This document shows, one piece after another, positions 39,086 to 52,742 of a stretch of 64,000 bases of DNA (its first letter is position 1; every line of letters starts with the position of its first letter). The DNA comes from Octopus sinensis (taxonomy: Eukaryota). The stretch covers positions 139,562,001-139,626,000 of the forward strand of contig NC_042998.1 of assembly GCF_006345805.1 (NCBI RefSeq), read 5' to 3'. The position numbers were made by a program, and so were the translations under genes. Under the pieces are notes generated by a model that saw nothing but the letters and a program-made list of their open reading frames with translations, made no database searches and was not told the origin of the DNA.

Positions 39086-40208
39086 TCATTTATGCCACAT
39101 GACTTAACCTGTCACAACGTAAGGGTAATTCGAAACCTCCACCTTTAGATTTAAAAATTCTCTAGTCTAGGAAACATTTGAAAAATGGCGAATATCTCGT
39201 AAACAGCAGGATATCTATTGAAGCAAAATGTAAATGATTGATTCTCTTTAGTTTTTCTGTGTGTGTGGGTGCGTGTGTGTGTAAGTATGTATTATTTTTT
39301 TTTCATTTTCATTCTTTCTTAATATAGATGAAGAAGTCTATTGTGATTTGAATGAAAGATATTCTGGAAGTTTTCGTCGGAATTCTTCGCAGTTCAATTT
39401 ATCAGTGTTAAGTGATGTATGGAGCGTAAAAAGTGAAACATTCCGATTTATTTGCAACTTCTCTCTTCTTTCACGAAACTTTCTGGTGTTTCGAGTTCGC
39501 TTGTAAAGATTGTCATCATAAGTTTAGATCAAGGGAATTAAATGTCTCGATGAAAGATGGCTTCAGACCAGTCAATAATTAATCCGAAATGTGAGTGGTT
39601 GTTCTTAATATTGCGCTTTATTGTATTAGAATTAATTTTCTCGTTCCACTACCTTCATTCATTATTACAACTGCAAATTGGACGTATGCTTTGAAAAATG
39701 TGCATAGGAACCGTCCCGGTTTTCTCCCCATCCAAGAACCAATCCGCTTGATTATTCAAGAAACATCATCTGCAGGGACTAACTGCATTGCAAACCGATA
39801 ACTTGATGGCTGATGAGAGAAGAAGAATTTCTGCCAAGTTAGGAAGAAAGTTGAGTTCGGATATCAACGATGGCTTGCTCGTAAATCTTGTGTTCTCCTT
39901 CTAAAGAGTCCAGCAGAACAGAAATATGTTGGTTTGGTTTCTACAGCGTTTTGTCGTCTCAATTAATCAGTAAACTGTTCGTTTGCCGTCCTCTTCTCCT
40001 CTTCCCTTCTTTCTCTTCTGCTGCTGGCCGATCGGAGAAAACTATTCGAGTTTGTATAGTATTACTTCCACCAGAATTAACCCTTAGACGTTTGAATGCC
40101 ATTATATAAAACAGACAGCTCAGTCATTCACAGGTAGTCAGTCGGAGCTCTTAATGAAATATTCAAGACGAATGCGCGTACGATTTTATACATACATACA
40201 TACATACA

Positions 40209-40241
<33 letters not shown>

Positions 40242-40628
40242 GTGTGTGTGTGTGTGTCTTGTGTTGTACGAGTATATGTGTGGGATTGTGTGTGTGTATG
40301 ACTATAATTTTAGAAACCAACTGGCATAAACATCAATCCGACATGTATACACACATACACAAACACACACTCGTACACACACACACACACATATATAGAC
40401 AGAGATGTATACACATACACATTATATCTATATATATGCATGTATATATATACATGCAAACACAGATATATATATATGCATATATATATTATATATTATA
40501 TATATGCATGCATTTATTCATACACACCACACACACATACACACGCATGTAAGTATTAAACTATATGTATTCACAAATGCGTACATATACACACACACAC
40601 ACACGCACATATATAAATATATGTATGC

Positions 40629-40690
<62 letters not shown>

Positions 40691-41434
40691 TGTATATACA
40701 TGTGCATATATATAAATATATACACACACACATACACACGCGCGCACACACACACATATATACACACGTTTGTCTCCCTATCTCTCTCTTTCTCTGTACA
40801 CACACACATACATATACACATACATACACACACACACACACTAACACACGAACACTCACACACTTACACATACACACATACATCTACTTTGAACTGTACT
40901 TTTTGTCCCATACATATGCACGTAGACGCGTAAACTCTTTAAACACTTAAAGACACGTTCACTCGAAAGAACGAATGGCAAATCACAGAGGAAAAACCGT
41001 GTTAATTAGAGGCCAACAGTACAATTGCTCTAAGTTGCCTGCTTTTGTAGTCGACCGTTGATCATGTAAATCAAGCCCATAGATCATAGATTTTCAAAAG
41101 ATATTGTGACATTTAATCTTGCAATTCTTTTACTGTGACCGCCGGGAGATGGACTTAAATCAGTGCGACGGGCCGGTTTTCTCCGTTGAAATAGAAGAAA
41201 AGTACCCAACTTCTCTAAAACGTTAAGCCTACATAAAGTCTCTTGGGTATATCGAACTATAAATGTTTCTTTTTCCTTTTCTTTTATTGAATTTTCAATG
41301 AAGAGAATTATATATATTTTTTACACTCCAACAGAGAGCAGCAATTAAATTATACAAAGAAAGAACTGACAAGAAAGAGAGACGTGGGAAGCGAGAGGGA
41401 CGGGAAAGAGAAACACAGAGAAATAAATAGAGAA

Positions 41435-41476
41435 ATAGATAGATAGATAGTTAGGTAGCTAGATAGTTAGACAGAC

Positions 41477-41535
<59 letters not shown>

Positions 41536-41552
41536 CAGATAGATAGATAGAC

Positions 41553-41608
<56 letters not shown>

Positions 41609-41624
41609 TGATAGATAGACAAAC

Positions 41625-41684
<60 letters not shown>

Positions 41685-41720
41685 TCTAGATAGATACTAG
41701 ATAAATAGATAAAAAGATAT
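41435..41720 (+). repeat. (GATA)n microsatellite
   Basis: Read directly. Confidence 0.95.
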
Positions 41721-41974
41721 ATATAGATAGATAATGAATAAGATGGATGGATGGATATATATATATATCTATTGGAAGAGAGAGAAAGGGAGGAGTGAAA
41801 GAAAGAAGGAGTAAAGGAAAGAACGACAGGTGTGGGGGAAATTAGAGAGAGGAAATTGTTCATTGTCAGTAATTACGTTTTTAACAATTGGTTCGTAAGT
41901 AACATGGCGTAGGTTGTGGTTAGACAAACAGTGTGAGCGTCACAAACATAAATTTTACATGTAAAACCGTACAC

Positions 41975-42024
<50 letters not shown>

Positions 42025-42325
42025 GCTGAAAAACAAAAAGAACAGAAAGCAGCGTACATACACACACTCATGTACATTAACAGCGCAGTGAAGCCTATAT
42101 ATCTATTTTTGACGTATACATACATACGCAAATGCGTCAAGGTTGTATGCAAATTTCTATTTCTATTTCCTAGATTATACACAGACACACACACACACAT
42201 AAACACAGAGTCGTTACCTCTCTCTCTCTCTACAGGCGTAGTTTTATTCATATATGTATGCTTTACAAAAATAAAACACTTAAGTACACACGAGCCTGCA
42301 CATACATACATTACACACACAAACA

Positions 42326-42540
42326 TTGGTTTCAAATTTTGGCACAAGGCCAGCAAATTTGGGAGAGGGTTAAGTCGATTACATCGACCCCAGTGATCAA
42401 CTGCTACTTATTTTTTCGACCCCAAAAGGATGAAAGGCAAAGTTGACCCAAGCGGAATTTGAACTCAGAACGTAAAGGCGGACGAAATCTCGCTAAGCAT
42501 TTTGCCCGGCATGCTAACAATTCTGCCAGCTCGCCGCCTT
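42326..42540 (-). mobile_element. SINE family C reference copy
   Basis: Minus strand taaggcggcgagctggcagaattgttagc..gagttcaaattcc..gcctttcatccttttggggtcga; the central motif recalls Deu/Nin-type SINE domains (unverified). Confidence 0.8.
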
Positions 42541-42593
42541 ATGTCCGTGTTATATATTACATATTTACATACGCGCGTGTAGGAAATGAAGTA

Positions 42594-42887
42594 GGCACGT
42601 GTATGGCTATGTGGCAAGACGTTGGCTTTCCAATCACATGGTTCCGAGTTCGGTCCCACTGTGTGACACCCAGGAGAAGTGCCTTCAACAATAACCCCGG
42701 GCCGACAACAGCTTTATGAGTAGATTTCTAAGACGGAAACTGAAAGAAGCCTGTCGTATCTGCGCTCGCGCGCGTGTGAGTATGTGAATGTTTGTTTCCC
42801 ACCACCACTTAACAACCAGTGTTGGTGTGTTTGTGTCCTGGTAAGTTAGTGGTTCGGCAAAAGATCGATAGAATAAGAAGCAGGCTT
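42594..42887 (+). mobile_element. SINE family A copy, cut off at the LTR boundary
   Basis: Head and body are present; the tail is absent after gaataagaagcaggct. Confidence 0.8.
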
Positions 42888-43154
42888 TGTTGTAACGTAC
42901 TTTGTTACGTACAGTAAATAAGATAGCCATATAACAGTAACAATACTGTAACGAACTAAAAAATCTCTTTACGAACCAACAATCAATATTCCTTGTAAAC
43001 TAACTAAGCGACCCCTTCCGACTTCACTGCGAACTAACACGAACTTCACTCGACTCCGAACTCTGAACCTTTGAACTCACTCGGGTCGTTATTATTTATA
43101 CTTTTACTTGGTCCATTCTATCTCTCGCAAGGGGGCATTGTAACTCTCATCACA
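42888..43154 (-). mobile_element. Putative 3' LTR (TGT...ACA, 267 bp)
   Basis: The minus strand starts tgtgatgagag after purine-rich aaaagaga, contains TATAAATAATAA and ends gttacaaca. Confidence 0.55.
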
Positions 43155-44020
43155 TCTCTTTTGAGATTTCGACTAATGTGGGAAAGTAGAATTTCTTTAC
43201 TTTTCTTTTTTCTTTCCAGCACCACTCCCTCTTTTTCTTTTAACTGTTGTATCTTTGTTGCTGCCCGACTTTTAAGGTAGTATTGTTCGTTGCGCACAAC
43301 ACTTTTTCTTTTCTTTGTACAAAGCATATAACCTTGACGCACTCTTGGTTTTATTTATCTATTTATTGAAAATTTTATATCTTTTTCGTTTAGGTATTAC
43401 TTCCAGATATTCAGTCTGTTTTCGTTTTCTGAAGCTAATTCTACGGGGTTCAATATCTCTAGGTGCTGGTACTTCAAACATATCATGGAAGACTTCCATT
43501 GGTATTACCCCTCGTTCTTCTGTATGTCCCATCTTTAACTGTTTTAGGTGTCTCTTATGTTCCGAACGTTCTCCTTTAATTAATCACATCCTGCTACCTA
43601 ATCTTTTGATTACGCAGCCACCCTCCCAAGCTTCTTTACCATTTTTGTAATTTTTAAAATGAACATTATCCCCAACCTCGAATTGCTTTGTAATATTTCT
43701 TGTATTTCCTTCAAATGCATTTTTTGTCTTTCCTTTATATATATTTTTTCCTGGCAATAATTTATCGAGGATCGATTTTATTTTAATTGCGAACATTAAC
43801 TCTGCTGGTGACTTTCCTGAATTAGTCTTTAGATTTGGCCTTATTCTATATACTCTCAAAAATTTCGTTAGTGCCTCATCATTATCTAGTTCGTTCTTAG
43901 CTTTCTTAGAGCTCCTTTGAATGTGTCAACAAATCTTTCTACCTGCCCATTTGATCTCGGGTGGTAGGGCGTGGTAAAGATGTACTTTATGGCATGTATT
44001 TTGCAGAAATTTCTTTAAAA
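43155..44020 (-). mobile_element. Ty3/Gypsy integrase C-terminal fragment
   Basis: TTPYHPRSNGQVERFVDTFK, GKSPAELMF and FEVGDNVHFKNY. Confidence 0.85.
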
Positions 44021-44029
44021 CAAATTTCA

Positions 44030-44528
44030 TCGTTTTTTTTTTTTGTGCAATATGAAACTACAGTCACGTTCATACTCTAACGGTGCTAATTTTCGCAATA
44101 ATAACGACTTCCGCTTCCTGTGACAATTTGCGTAAGGACTTTGACGGGCTTGCCAACAGTTTATCAGAAATATTGGAGTGTGTTTCGTCTGAAAGAACAG
44201 TAAGTCTACTGCTTCCTGCTGCGTCTTCCACTGAGCTTGTGTTTCTAAATTTCTGATCAACTGCCGCGCAGTGTCACGATGTGGATCAACAGTATTTGGA
44301 AAAGTTTCACTGAACTTCTGTTTCACAGTGTCTGTGTATTTGTTTCCAGCTCGAAATTCCCATTCAACTAAAAACGTACGTTCTTCAATGGTTAGCATGT
44401 CGACACGCTGAAAGGTACACAATGACAGAGGGACAATGGCTGACAGCCGGCCGCCCACGCAGTGATAGCCAAGTTGCGCATGCGCAGGATGAAAAGATTT
44501 ACTGCGGAGAGACTTTTTGAAAACCCTG
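44030..44528 (-). mobile_element. Tc1/mariner-superfamily 5' fragment (DUF4817-like HTH)
   Basis: TA-CAGGGT start at 44528 on the minus strand; MLTIEERTFLVEW..VKQKFSETFPNT..PHRDTARQLI. Confidence 0.7.
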
Positions 44529-44536
44529 TATATATA

Positions 44537-45090
44537 CGAGGAGGTACCCAAAAGTAACAGGAAATGATCTCTATGGGACAAGCCCGTTATAGTTCCGGCC
44601 TTCCGCCGCTAGAAATCACTTGATGCAACCACCATCAGGCATCAGTGTGCTGGCCAGTGATCTAGTGAAGTCGTACTCCCACGTGGTGCGTCTTTGTTTT
44701 GCAGTGTTTCTCCTCTGTTCGTCGATTTTTGCGATGGCTGAAACGAAGACAGCGTGCTTCCGTTTTCTGCCGAGAGGAATGGCGGCCAAAACAGTTGTCA
44801 TGCTTCAAGCAACTGACAAAGTCGCTGCCATGAGCAAAACACAAGTTTACGAGTGGTTTTCACGCTTTAAGAATGGTTACTTGTCGATTGAAGACCAACC
44901 TCGTTCAGGACGACCTCCCAAACGAATGAAAACATCATGAAAATGCATGAGCTGATCTTGGAGAACCGTCGCCGAACAATTGACGAACTTGTTGATATGA
45001 ATGATGTGTCCTAGAGCTCCTGCCATTGAATTTTGAGTGATGAATTGTGAATGAAAAGAATTGCTGCAAAATTTTGTGCCTCGCTTGTTG
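44537..45090 (+). mobile_element. mariner 5' fragment
   Basis: TA-CGAGG TIR start; MSKTQVYEWFSRFKNGYLSIEDQPRSGRP, RRTIDEL and MKRIAAKF. Confidence 0.8.
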
Positions 45091-45168
45091 GCGAAATATC
45101 AAAAGCAGTTACAACTGAATGCGTTACCCCGCTTACCCACCTTCCCTTTTGGGAATTTTGCAATATAT

Positions 45169-45200
<32 letters not shown>

Positions 45201-45410
45201 AACAAATTCAAATGCGATAAAATAAAATTAATTATTATCGCTGGTGTTTCTAGCACAGGCCATATATTATTCATATATAAGTACATTAAAGGCGAAGTAT
45301 GTACTAGAAACACAGAAGCTTGATAAATTTAGTGAAATGAAGATAAAAACTTTTACTAACTCTGTTATACATGCATACATAAATACATACATAAATACAT
45401 ACATGTGTGT

Positions 45411-45460
<50 letters not shown>

Positions 45461-45656
45461 TGTGCAGGTAATTATGCGGATAAACAAATTAGATATATTA
45501 AATGTATCAAATATATTAAATATGTTAAATATAATAGTTCGAGTATGAAATACAAAATATGTTACATACAGAACGAGAGAAAGCAAAAGGTGGAGACTTC
45601 TAATGATGAATTTTTAAGTATGAATATATATTTATATTAACTTATACAGAGTGAAA

Positions 45657-45871
45657 ACGAGGGATTGCTGAAAGTTCCTGGCTTTGGGTAAAAGAAAATA
45701 CAGGAGGATCAATTATGGTTTTATTCAACTTATTCCCCTCTCAGATTCATACAGTTATTGCAACGGCCCTTTAGCTTTTCTAAGCCCTGTAAAAGGACTC
45801 GGAAGGTTGGATCTCTCACCAGGCCTTTCGCGATATCCTTAAAGCCAGGAACTTTTCAGCACCCCTTCGTA
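45657..45871. mobile_element. mariner-derived MITE (~215 bp)
   Basis: TIRs acgagggattgctgaaagttcctggcttt and aaagccaggaacttttcagcaccccttcgta. Confidence 0.8.
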
Positions 45872-47073
45872 CACTCCCTTCAGAATGTAACCCCTCTGGA
45901 ATATCCCTGTTCGCTTTCCTGCGACTTGGTGACCCGTTACAGTTTAAAAGAAACATTAAAGGAATCAAGCTCATCACTCTCAAGGGCTTTCAAAGGTCTT
46001 GAACCCTGTCCCTTCTTCCGACTCACCAAGTAAAATAAACAAAACTAAAATAAAACAAAATAAACAGTCCTGAGCATACAAATATATATATGAAGTGTTG
46101 GTCACGATTGGAAAGCCTTTGGTCACAGGACTGCTCTATCAAGGTGTACCTGGGTCTAAACCACTACAACTTCACTATGCGCCAAAGACAAAGGCAGTAT
46201 ATGGTCGCTCGATCTGCTAGAAATAGTAGTCAAATTTCCTCTCAGATGAAATTAAGAAAAAGGACAGCACACTACGTCATAGGCACACTTTATGATCATA
46301 ACAGGAACGTCTTTGACCATATTCCCACTCGGTCAAGGATGAGCTGGGCCTAAAATAATAATAATAAAAAAACCAGTATTACTTCACTGTCTCATTATGT
46401 TAATTACATAAACACAAAACAAAATATTTCAAGGTTGTCACTCCTCTCAGTGTTTCATTTATCGATGGGAAATAAACTATGTAACAATCAGAACAACAAC
46501 AACAAGTACGAAAATAACAACGGCAACAACAATGAGTGCAACAACAGCAACGACTGTAAAAGGAAAACAACAACAACAACAGCAACAACAACAGCAACAA
46601 CAACAACAACAACAACACCAGCCTTAACAACGATAGCAATAACGACTACAACAACTTTCACCAACAATAAACGGAAATGCCAAAGTCTATGGCCAGCTAT
46701 AAAATCTCAAATGAAGGTGTTTGACTTTAAAAATAAAACACATCTGAGGTCTGACGGCGGTGAAACAAAATGCTATCCGTCTATATTCAGCCATTCGTAT
46801 CTTTTGAGGTCCACTGAGTCATTGAGTAATCCAATTAAGTGCATGGAATTAGTCAAAACTCATCCCATCCTGATTTCAAATCCCTATGTGCGGAGGATCG
46901 TGTGCGCGCTCATTTTCTCTATGTCTGTCTCTCACATCCGCTCACATACATTTACACGTATCTTCGTATATATGCGGGTCTACGTATACATACATACATA
47001 CATACATACATACATACATACATACATAATACATACATACATACATGTATATATATATATATATTATTAATAT

Positions 47074-47119
<46 letters not shown>

Positions 47120-47168
47120 TATATATAGTATATAATATATATATTATAAAATATATATAATAAATATA

Positions 47169-47219
<51 letters not shown>

Positions 47220-47720
47220 CATGCATGTGTTATACTTATATACATCTATCTCTCTATTCATCAAGACATTCACGGAAAAAGAATATAATTTTAATTGTAC
47301 TCCTAAATGGCTAAAATGTTTCTTCAACGATACCTTTGTTATTTGTTTCAACTATTCAAATCCTAAAGAAGTAGAAGTCCGACCCACCTCCCCATATTCA
47401 TATGCAACAAATATATTGTCAGACCTTGTGCCAACCTAACAAAGGAGAAACAACTACAGGCTTCTTTACATGCATATAAATAAGTTCTACGCGAATGAAT
47501 AAATTCTAAACCCCAGATTTAACTAATAAATTTTTTTCCAAAGTACCTTCCCATAATACCATCCCACCCAAACCCACACAACCGAAGATGAATTTAACTC
47601 CAAAGAGACTATATAGAGGCAAGGTTAACTTTAAAAGCACCGCATTCCATCGCTGACTTAGCTGGCCAAAACTTCGAAGTCACCATCAACAAATTCCTGT
47701 ATAAGAAATATACGTGTGTG

Positions 47721-47751
<31 letters not shown>

Positions 47752-47897
47752 TATAAAAATAATATAAGATATATATATGATATAATATTATACAAATAAA
47801 ATACTATAATAATCCAGGTTTCTCGAGGCACTGGGCCCATGGTGTTGAATGGAATACTATTAAATTAGTATCTAATTCTCTCACCTTATTAATTAAT

Positions 47898-47971
<74 letters not shown>

Positions 47972-48045
47972 GTGGTGTAAGGCAATTCGTTGCTAAACCC
48001 TTTATTGCTTATATATATATACATATATATACATATATAATACAC

Positions 48046-48111
<66 letters not shown>

Positions 48112-48224
48112 CATACATACATACATACATACATCATACATATATATATTATATATATATATAATTTTAATCCAAACGGGGAAAAAAAAAAACAACAACA
48201 ATGGAACAATTACAGTATTATTAT

Positions 48225-48470
48225 TAATAGGCGCTCAGGAAATATGGAAGCAGGAGGGTATGACGTTTCGAGCGGAGCTCTTCGTCGGAAACATAAAGAA
48301 GGAAGAGAGAGGAAAGAAAGATCCCAAAGCGGGCAACAGGAGATGGAGAAAAAAACGACTGGTGTGTACGAGTTACACATGGTGAAAGGCGGAAGTTTAC
48401 GATAACAAGAGCAAAGTAGGTTTTAAAGCCAAAAGAGTGGAGACGAGGTTGGTAACGCAACAGATGTGTG
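48225..48470 (-). mobile_element. Penelope-like terminal relic with hammerhead-like fold
   Basis: Minus strand ccgacga-a-gagc(tcc)gctc-gaaa-cg-tc, plus the shared ttcctgagcgcc motif of family 1. Confidence 0.5.
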
Positions 48471-48827
48471 TGTATGTGTGAGTGTGTGCGTGTGTGTGTG
48501 TGCGTGTGTGTATGTGTGTGTGTGAGGCGAGATAAAAAACAAAAAATATATGTATGTGTTAGTGTGTGCGTCTGTGGTAGGCGGTGTGAGGTAGGGCGAG
48601 ACAGTAGTAGGCATAGCAGACAGTGGTCAGTAGTAAGAAAATGAAGGAAGGAGGAAGGAAGGGAGGGGAAGGGGTGGGGGCGTATGTAGCGTGCCAGCGT
48701 GTGTTGAGTAGTAGTGTGTGTGTGTGTGTCCAGTGTGTGGTAGTATTAATGGCGAGTAGATTGAATGTGGTAAGAGTAATGTATATATTTAAGCAATGTG
48801 TGTGTGTGAGTGGGTGTGTATATGTGT

Positions 48828-48869
<42 letters not shown>

Positions 48870-49309
48870 ATATATCACACCGTGACGACCCAGGCTATCA
48901 GATGTTGCTAACACATTACTGGTCACAATGCGCTTCGCATTGTTTTAGCCTTCAAATGACGCCACCCCGCTGGCTAAGCGAGCGGGCCAATATATATATA
49001 AATATATATTGTAAAAAATGAAGTTCGAAAAATGCTGCTGTATTATACAATTTTAATTTTATATACATTATAACATGTTTCAGTTCCTGAAATGAACTTA
49101 TCAAAAAAGTTATATATAAAAAGAGACAGCTCATACCGTCAAACACAAGAAATTCATTTATAATACACAACGGAGTCAGACATCTTAGAGTTCATGTATA
49201 GTTGATATATAGTTCATGTATAGTTGATATATAGTTTGAAGTATATGTTCAAAGTGTTCGATGCAGTGGCCCACGGTGGCGGATACGTATATATATACGT
49301 AATAAATAC

Positions 49310-49358
<49 letters not shown>

Positions 49359-49442
49359 CACAGCTACAAAAGGAATAAATAAAAAATTTAAAACTACGTT
49401 CTCATATACTGAGTTCTGCGAAACCTTGTGTGTATGTATGTA

Positions 49443-49479
<37 letters not shown>

Positions 49480-49592
49480 GTATTTGTGTGGCAGTTGTGT
49501 TTTATATAAATGTGCCTATTTATTACACACACAACACACACAAAACACCACACACATACACACACACACCACACAACACACAACACACACAA

Positions 49593-49627
<35 letters not shown>

Positions 49628-49629
49628 AA

Positions 49630-49960
49630 CATTTATTCTTTTATTTGTTTCAGTCATTTGACTGTGGCCATGATGGAGCACACCGCCTGAAAGATTTTAT
49701 TTGAGCAAATTGACCTCAGGACTTATTTTTTAAAGCCTAGTAATTAATCTATTGGACTTTTTTTTTTTACCGAACCGCTATATTACGGGGGTGTAAACAC
49801 ACTAACACCGGTTTGTCATGCGGTAACGGGAGAACAAACACAGACAGATAAATATACATAGACATATACATACCACTGACTTCTTTCAGTTTCCATCTAC
49901 CAAATCCACTCACAAGGCTTTGCCCAAGGTGCAACACAATGGGACTGAACCCAGAAAGGT
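49630..49960 (-). mobile_element. SINE family A copy
   Basis: Reverse complement of family A, with a deletion in the body. Confidence 0.8.
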
Positions 49961-49975
49961 ATATATTTATATATA

Positions 49976-50400
49976 GGGGCCGGTGTGGCTATGTGGTAAC
50001 AAGTTTGCTTCCCAACATGGTTCCGGGTTCAGTCCCACTGCATAGCCCTTTAGGCAAGTATCTTCTACTATAGCCACAGGCCGACCAAAGCCTTGTGAGT
50101 AGATTTGAAACTGAAAGAAGCCTGTCGTATATATATATATGAATATATATCTGTGTGTGTGTGTGTGTGTGGTGTGTGTGTGTCTTTGAGTTTGTGTTTG
50201 TCCCATCACTGCTACCGCTGGACATCCAGTGTTAGTGTGTTCGTGTTCCCATAACTTAGCGTTTGGCAAAAGAGACAGATAGAATAAATGTCGGACTCAA
50301 AAAAGAAGTACTGGGGTCAATTCATTCGGCAAAAACATTCAAGGAGGTGCCCCAGTATGGCCACAGTCTAATGGTTAAAACAAGTAAAAGATAAAAGATA
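49976..50400 (+). mobile_element. SINE family A copy
   Basis: Head gtggctatgtggtaac..gggttcagtccc, internal microsatellite and tail. Confidence 0.85.
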
Positions 50401-51059
50401 TGTGTATGTATGTATATATATATACACACACACGCGCGCATATATTATGTTACGTTGATATATAAATGTATCGGTGGTCATCTATTTATGAGGCATTATA
50501 ATACATACATACTTATATGCAGTTTATATGTATATACATAAAAATGCTTATGTGTTTGAGTGTATATATACGTCTACGTATGTATACATCTAAGTTCGGT
50601 ATGTACTTGCGTTCAATTGTTAGACAAGAGATAATATATGGGAAAGATAGGTTATACTAAGTACTGTGCACTCCTTCTGTTCACGAATAAATGAATAGTT
50701 AGATAAATATATATATATTTGTGTGTATATATATATATATATGCATGTATGTATGTATGTGTGTATGTATGTATAAAAGCAGGTTATTTAGCTGCATTTC
50801 ATTAAAGACCAGAGAAGCCAGGGGGCACATTTGACCTTTGCTTATTGTCCACTTTCTGCGGTCCCTCATGAACGATTCCGTTCAAAGCTAACATATATCA
50901 AACAACTGGCTACATCTAATTGTGTTACATCGACGTAGATCAACACTGAGCCTCTCTTCAGCCGCAGAGCGTTATACTTCATGGATTAAGTCCTTTAAAA
51001 CATCGATCATACCACAAACACAAACACACACACATATATACATGTATATGTACTTATAT

Positions 51060-51370
51060 ATGTACATGCTCAAAGCAATTAGCCACCTGCGCCAATCAAA
51101 CTAGTCATATTTCATAATAACCCTTCTCACCCGGTCAAGTCCCAAATGCCATATTAATCAGAGCAAGTAGAAATTACATTTTCTCTTTATTGGCCTGAGT
51201 GGCAGCATGCTTCCGTTTTGGTTAAGGATGTCGTGTTGGTTCGGTTTTCACTTTGAGCAACTTCACTTTTACTGTTGTAGTAATTTTCTTCTTCAGTAGC
51301 ACCCGAGATATCGTGTGTAGGCCGAGAAAGCATTCTCGCCAGTTTGACAAGAGCTATGCACAAAACTGTC
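51060..51370 (+). promoter_or_regulatory. Candidate proximal regulatory or 5' region of SKOR
   Basis: Non-repetitive island ~0.9 kb upstream of the coding exon, with CACCTG (51084), CCAAT (51092) and ATTGG (51189); motif presence only. Confidence 0.25.
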
Positions 51371-51410
51371 ACCAGTTGGATATATATATATATGCGTGTG
51401 TGTGTGTGTG

Positions 51411-51472
<62 letters not shown>

Positions 51473-51616
51473 ATATATATATATATATGCATGTATGTAT
51501 GTATGTGTGTATGTATGTATATATATATATATATATACAAACATACATATGCATTATTCATAAATGCACATAAATATGTATATACATGTATGCCTGCATA
51601 CACACACACATAAAAT

Positions 51617-51650
51617 CTGATGACGACTGGTTGGTCGAAACTTCGAAATC
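51617..51650 (+). ncRNA. Hammerhead-like core in a family 2 Penelope-like relic
   Basis: CUGAUGA-C-GAC(UGGUUG)GUC-GAAA-CUUCGAAA-UC; stem III has one mismatch and stem I is largely missing. Confidence 0.4.
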
Positions 51651-51782
51651 ACTATCAAACGTTTCCTTGTAAGAATTAATATTATATATACACAAATATA
51701 ATACATGTATGTATATATGAGTGTATGCCTGTTTGTGTGTATGGAAGTATGCATGTAGGTGTGTGTATAAATAAACGTATAT

Positions 51783-51844
<62 letters not shown>

Positions 51845-52203
51845 ATATAATCAAAATAAGCAACAAGAATATCTTCGGTAATTTGGTGCGATCGTTTCAC
51901 GCTACATCATTTTATTAAACATTGTAAGTATTACAACAGTTTTCAAATGTTGAGCAATCATCAGCCATTTATAGAGGTTTTCCATTAATACATATTTTCA
52001 TATTAATTGATGACATTATAGAGAGGGTAACTTAAGTACCATATTCATTTAAATCTAAATTTTGCTGAACTTATATATATATATATATTCACTATCTCTC
52101 CATGTCTACTATTTTATTTCTCGCTATAGTGACAGCAACAGCAACAGCACCACCACCAACAACAGCAACAACAACAACACTATCACGATCACCACCAACA
52201 ATA

Positions 52204-52742
52204 ATGGATAATTACGATTCGAGCGAGACAGAAGCTCATATTTCCGGAGACCCAGCCGCCATCGACTACGACATCAACAGAGACCTTCTTTTCATGGGCA
52301 GAAAACACGCAGTTGATGACGACCACGTTAGTGGCTTATCCGGAAAACATTCGGCGGAGATTCCCGAGAACGATGTCGGAGTGGTTGTTATGTTCGGCAC
52401 ACCGATCATCTCTTTGTATGTCGAAGGCAAAGAAAGGCTGTGCTTGGCGCAGATCTCGAACACTCTGCTTCGTCAGTTCAGTTACAATGAAATCCACAAT
52501 CGACGCGTGGCCTTGGGTATCACTTGCATGCAGTGTACCCCGATTCAACTGGAAATTCTCAGAAGACTTGGTGCCATGCCAGTGTCGTCTCGGCGTTGTG
52601 GGTTGATAACCAGACGAGAAGCCGAACGTCTGGTAAAGTCATTCCTCGAAGACAACTCACCGCCGACACTACCAGACAATTTTTACTTCAAAGTTTATCA
52701 TAAATGTGGCTGGGGATCTCAAGGACACTTCATTCCGACAAG
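52204..52742 (+). CDS. SKOR: SKI-family transcriptional corepressor (SKOR/Fussel), first visible coding exon, Ski/Sno (DHD) domain
   Basis: ERLCLAQISNTLLRQFSYNEIHNRRVALGITCMQCTPIQLEILRRLGAMPVSSRRCGLITRREAERL matches the SKOR signature; donor AG|GTATTG at 52742/3 (phase 2). The start is uncertain (52102 is in frame). Confidence 0.95.
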
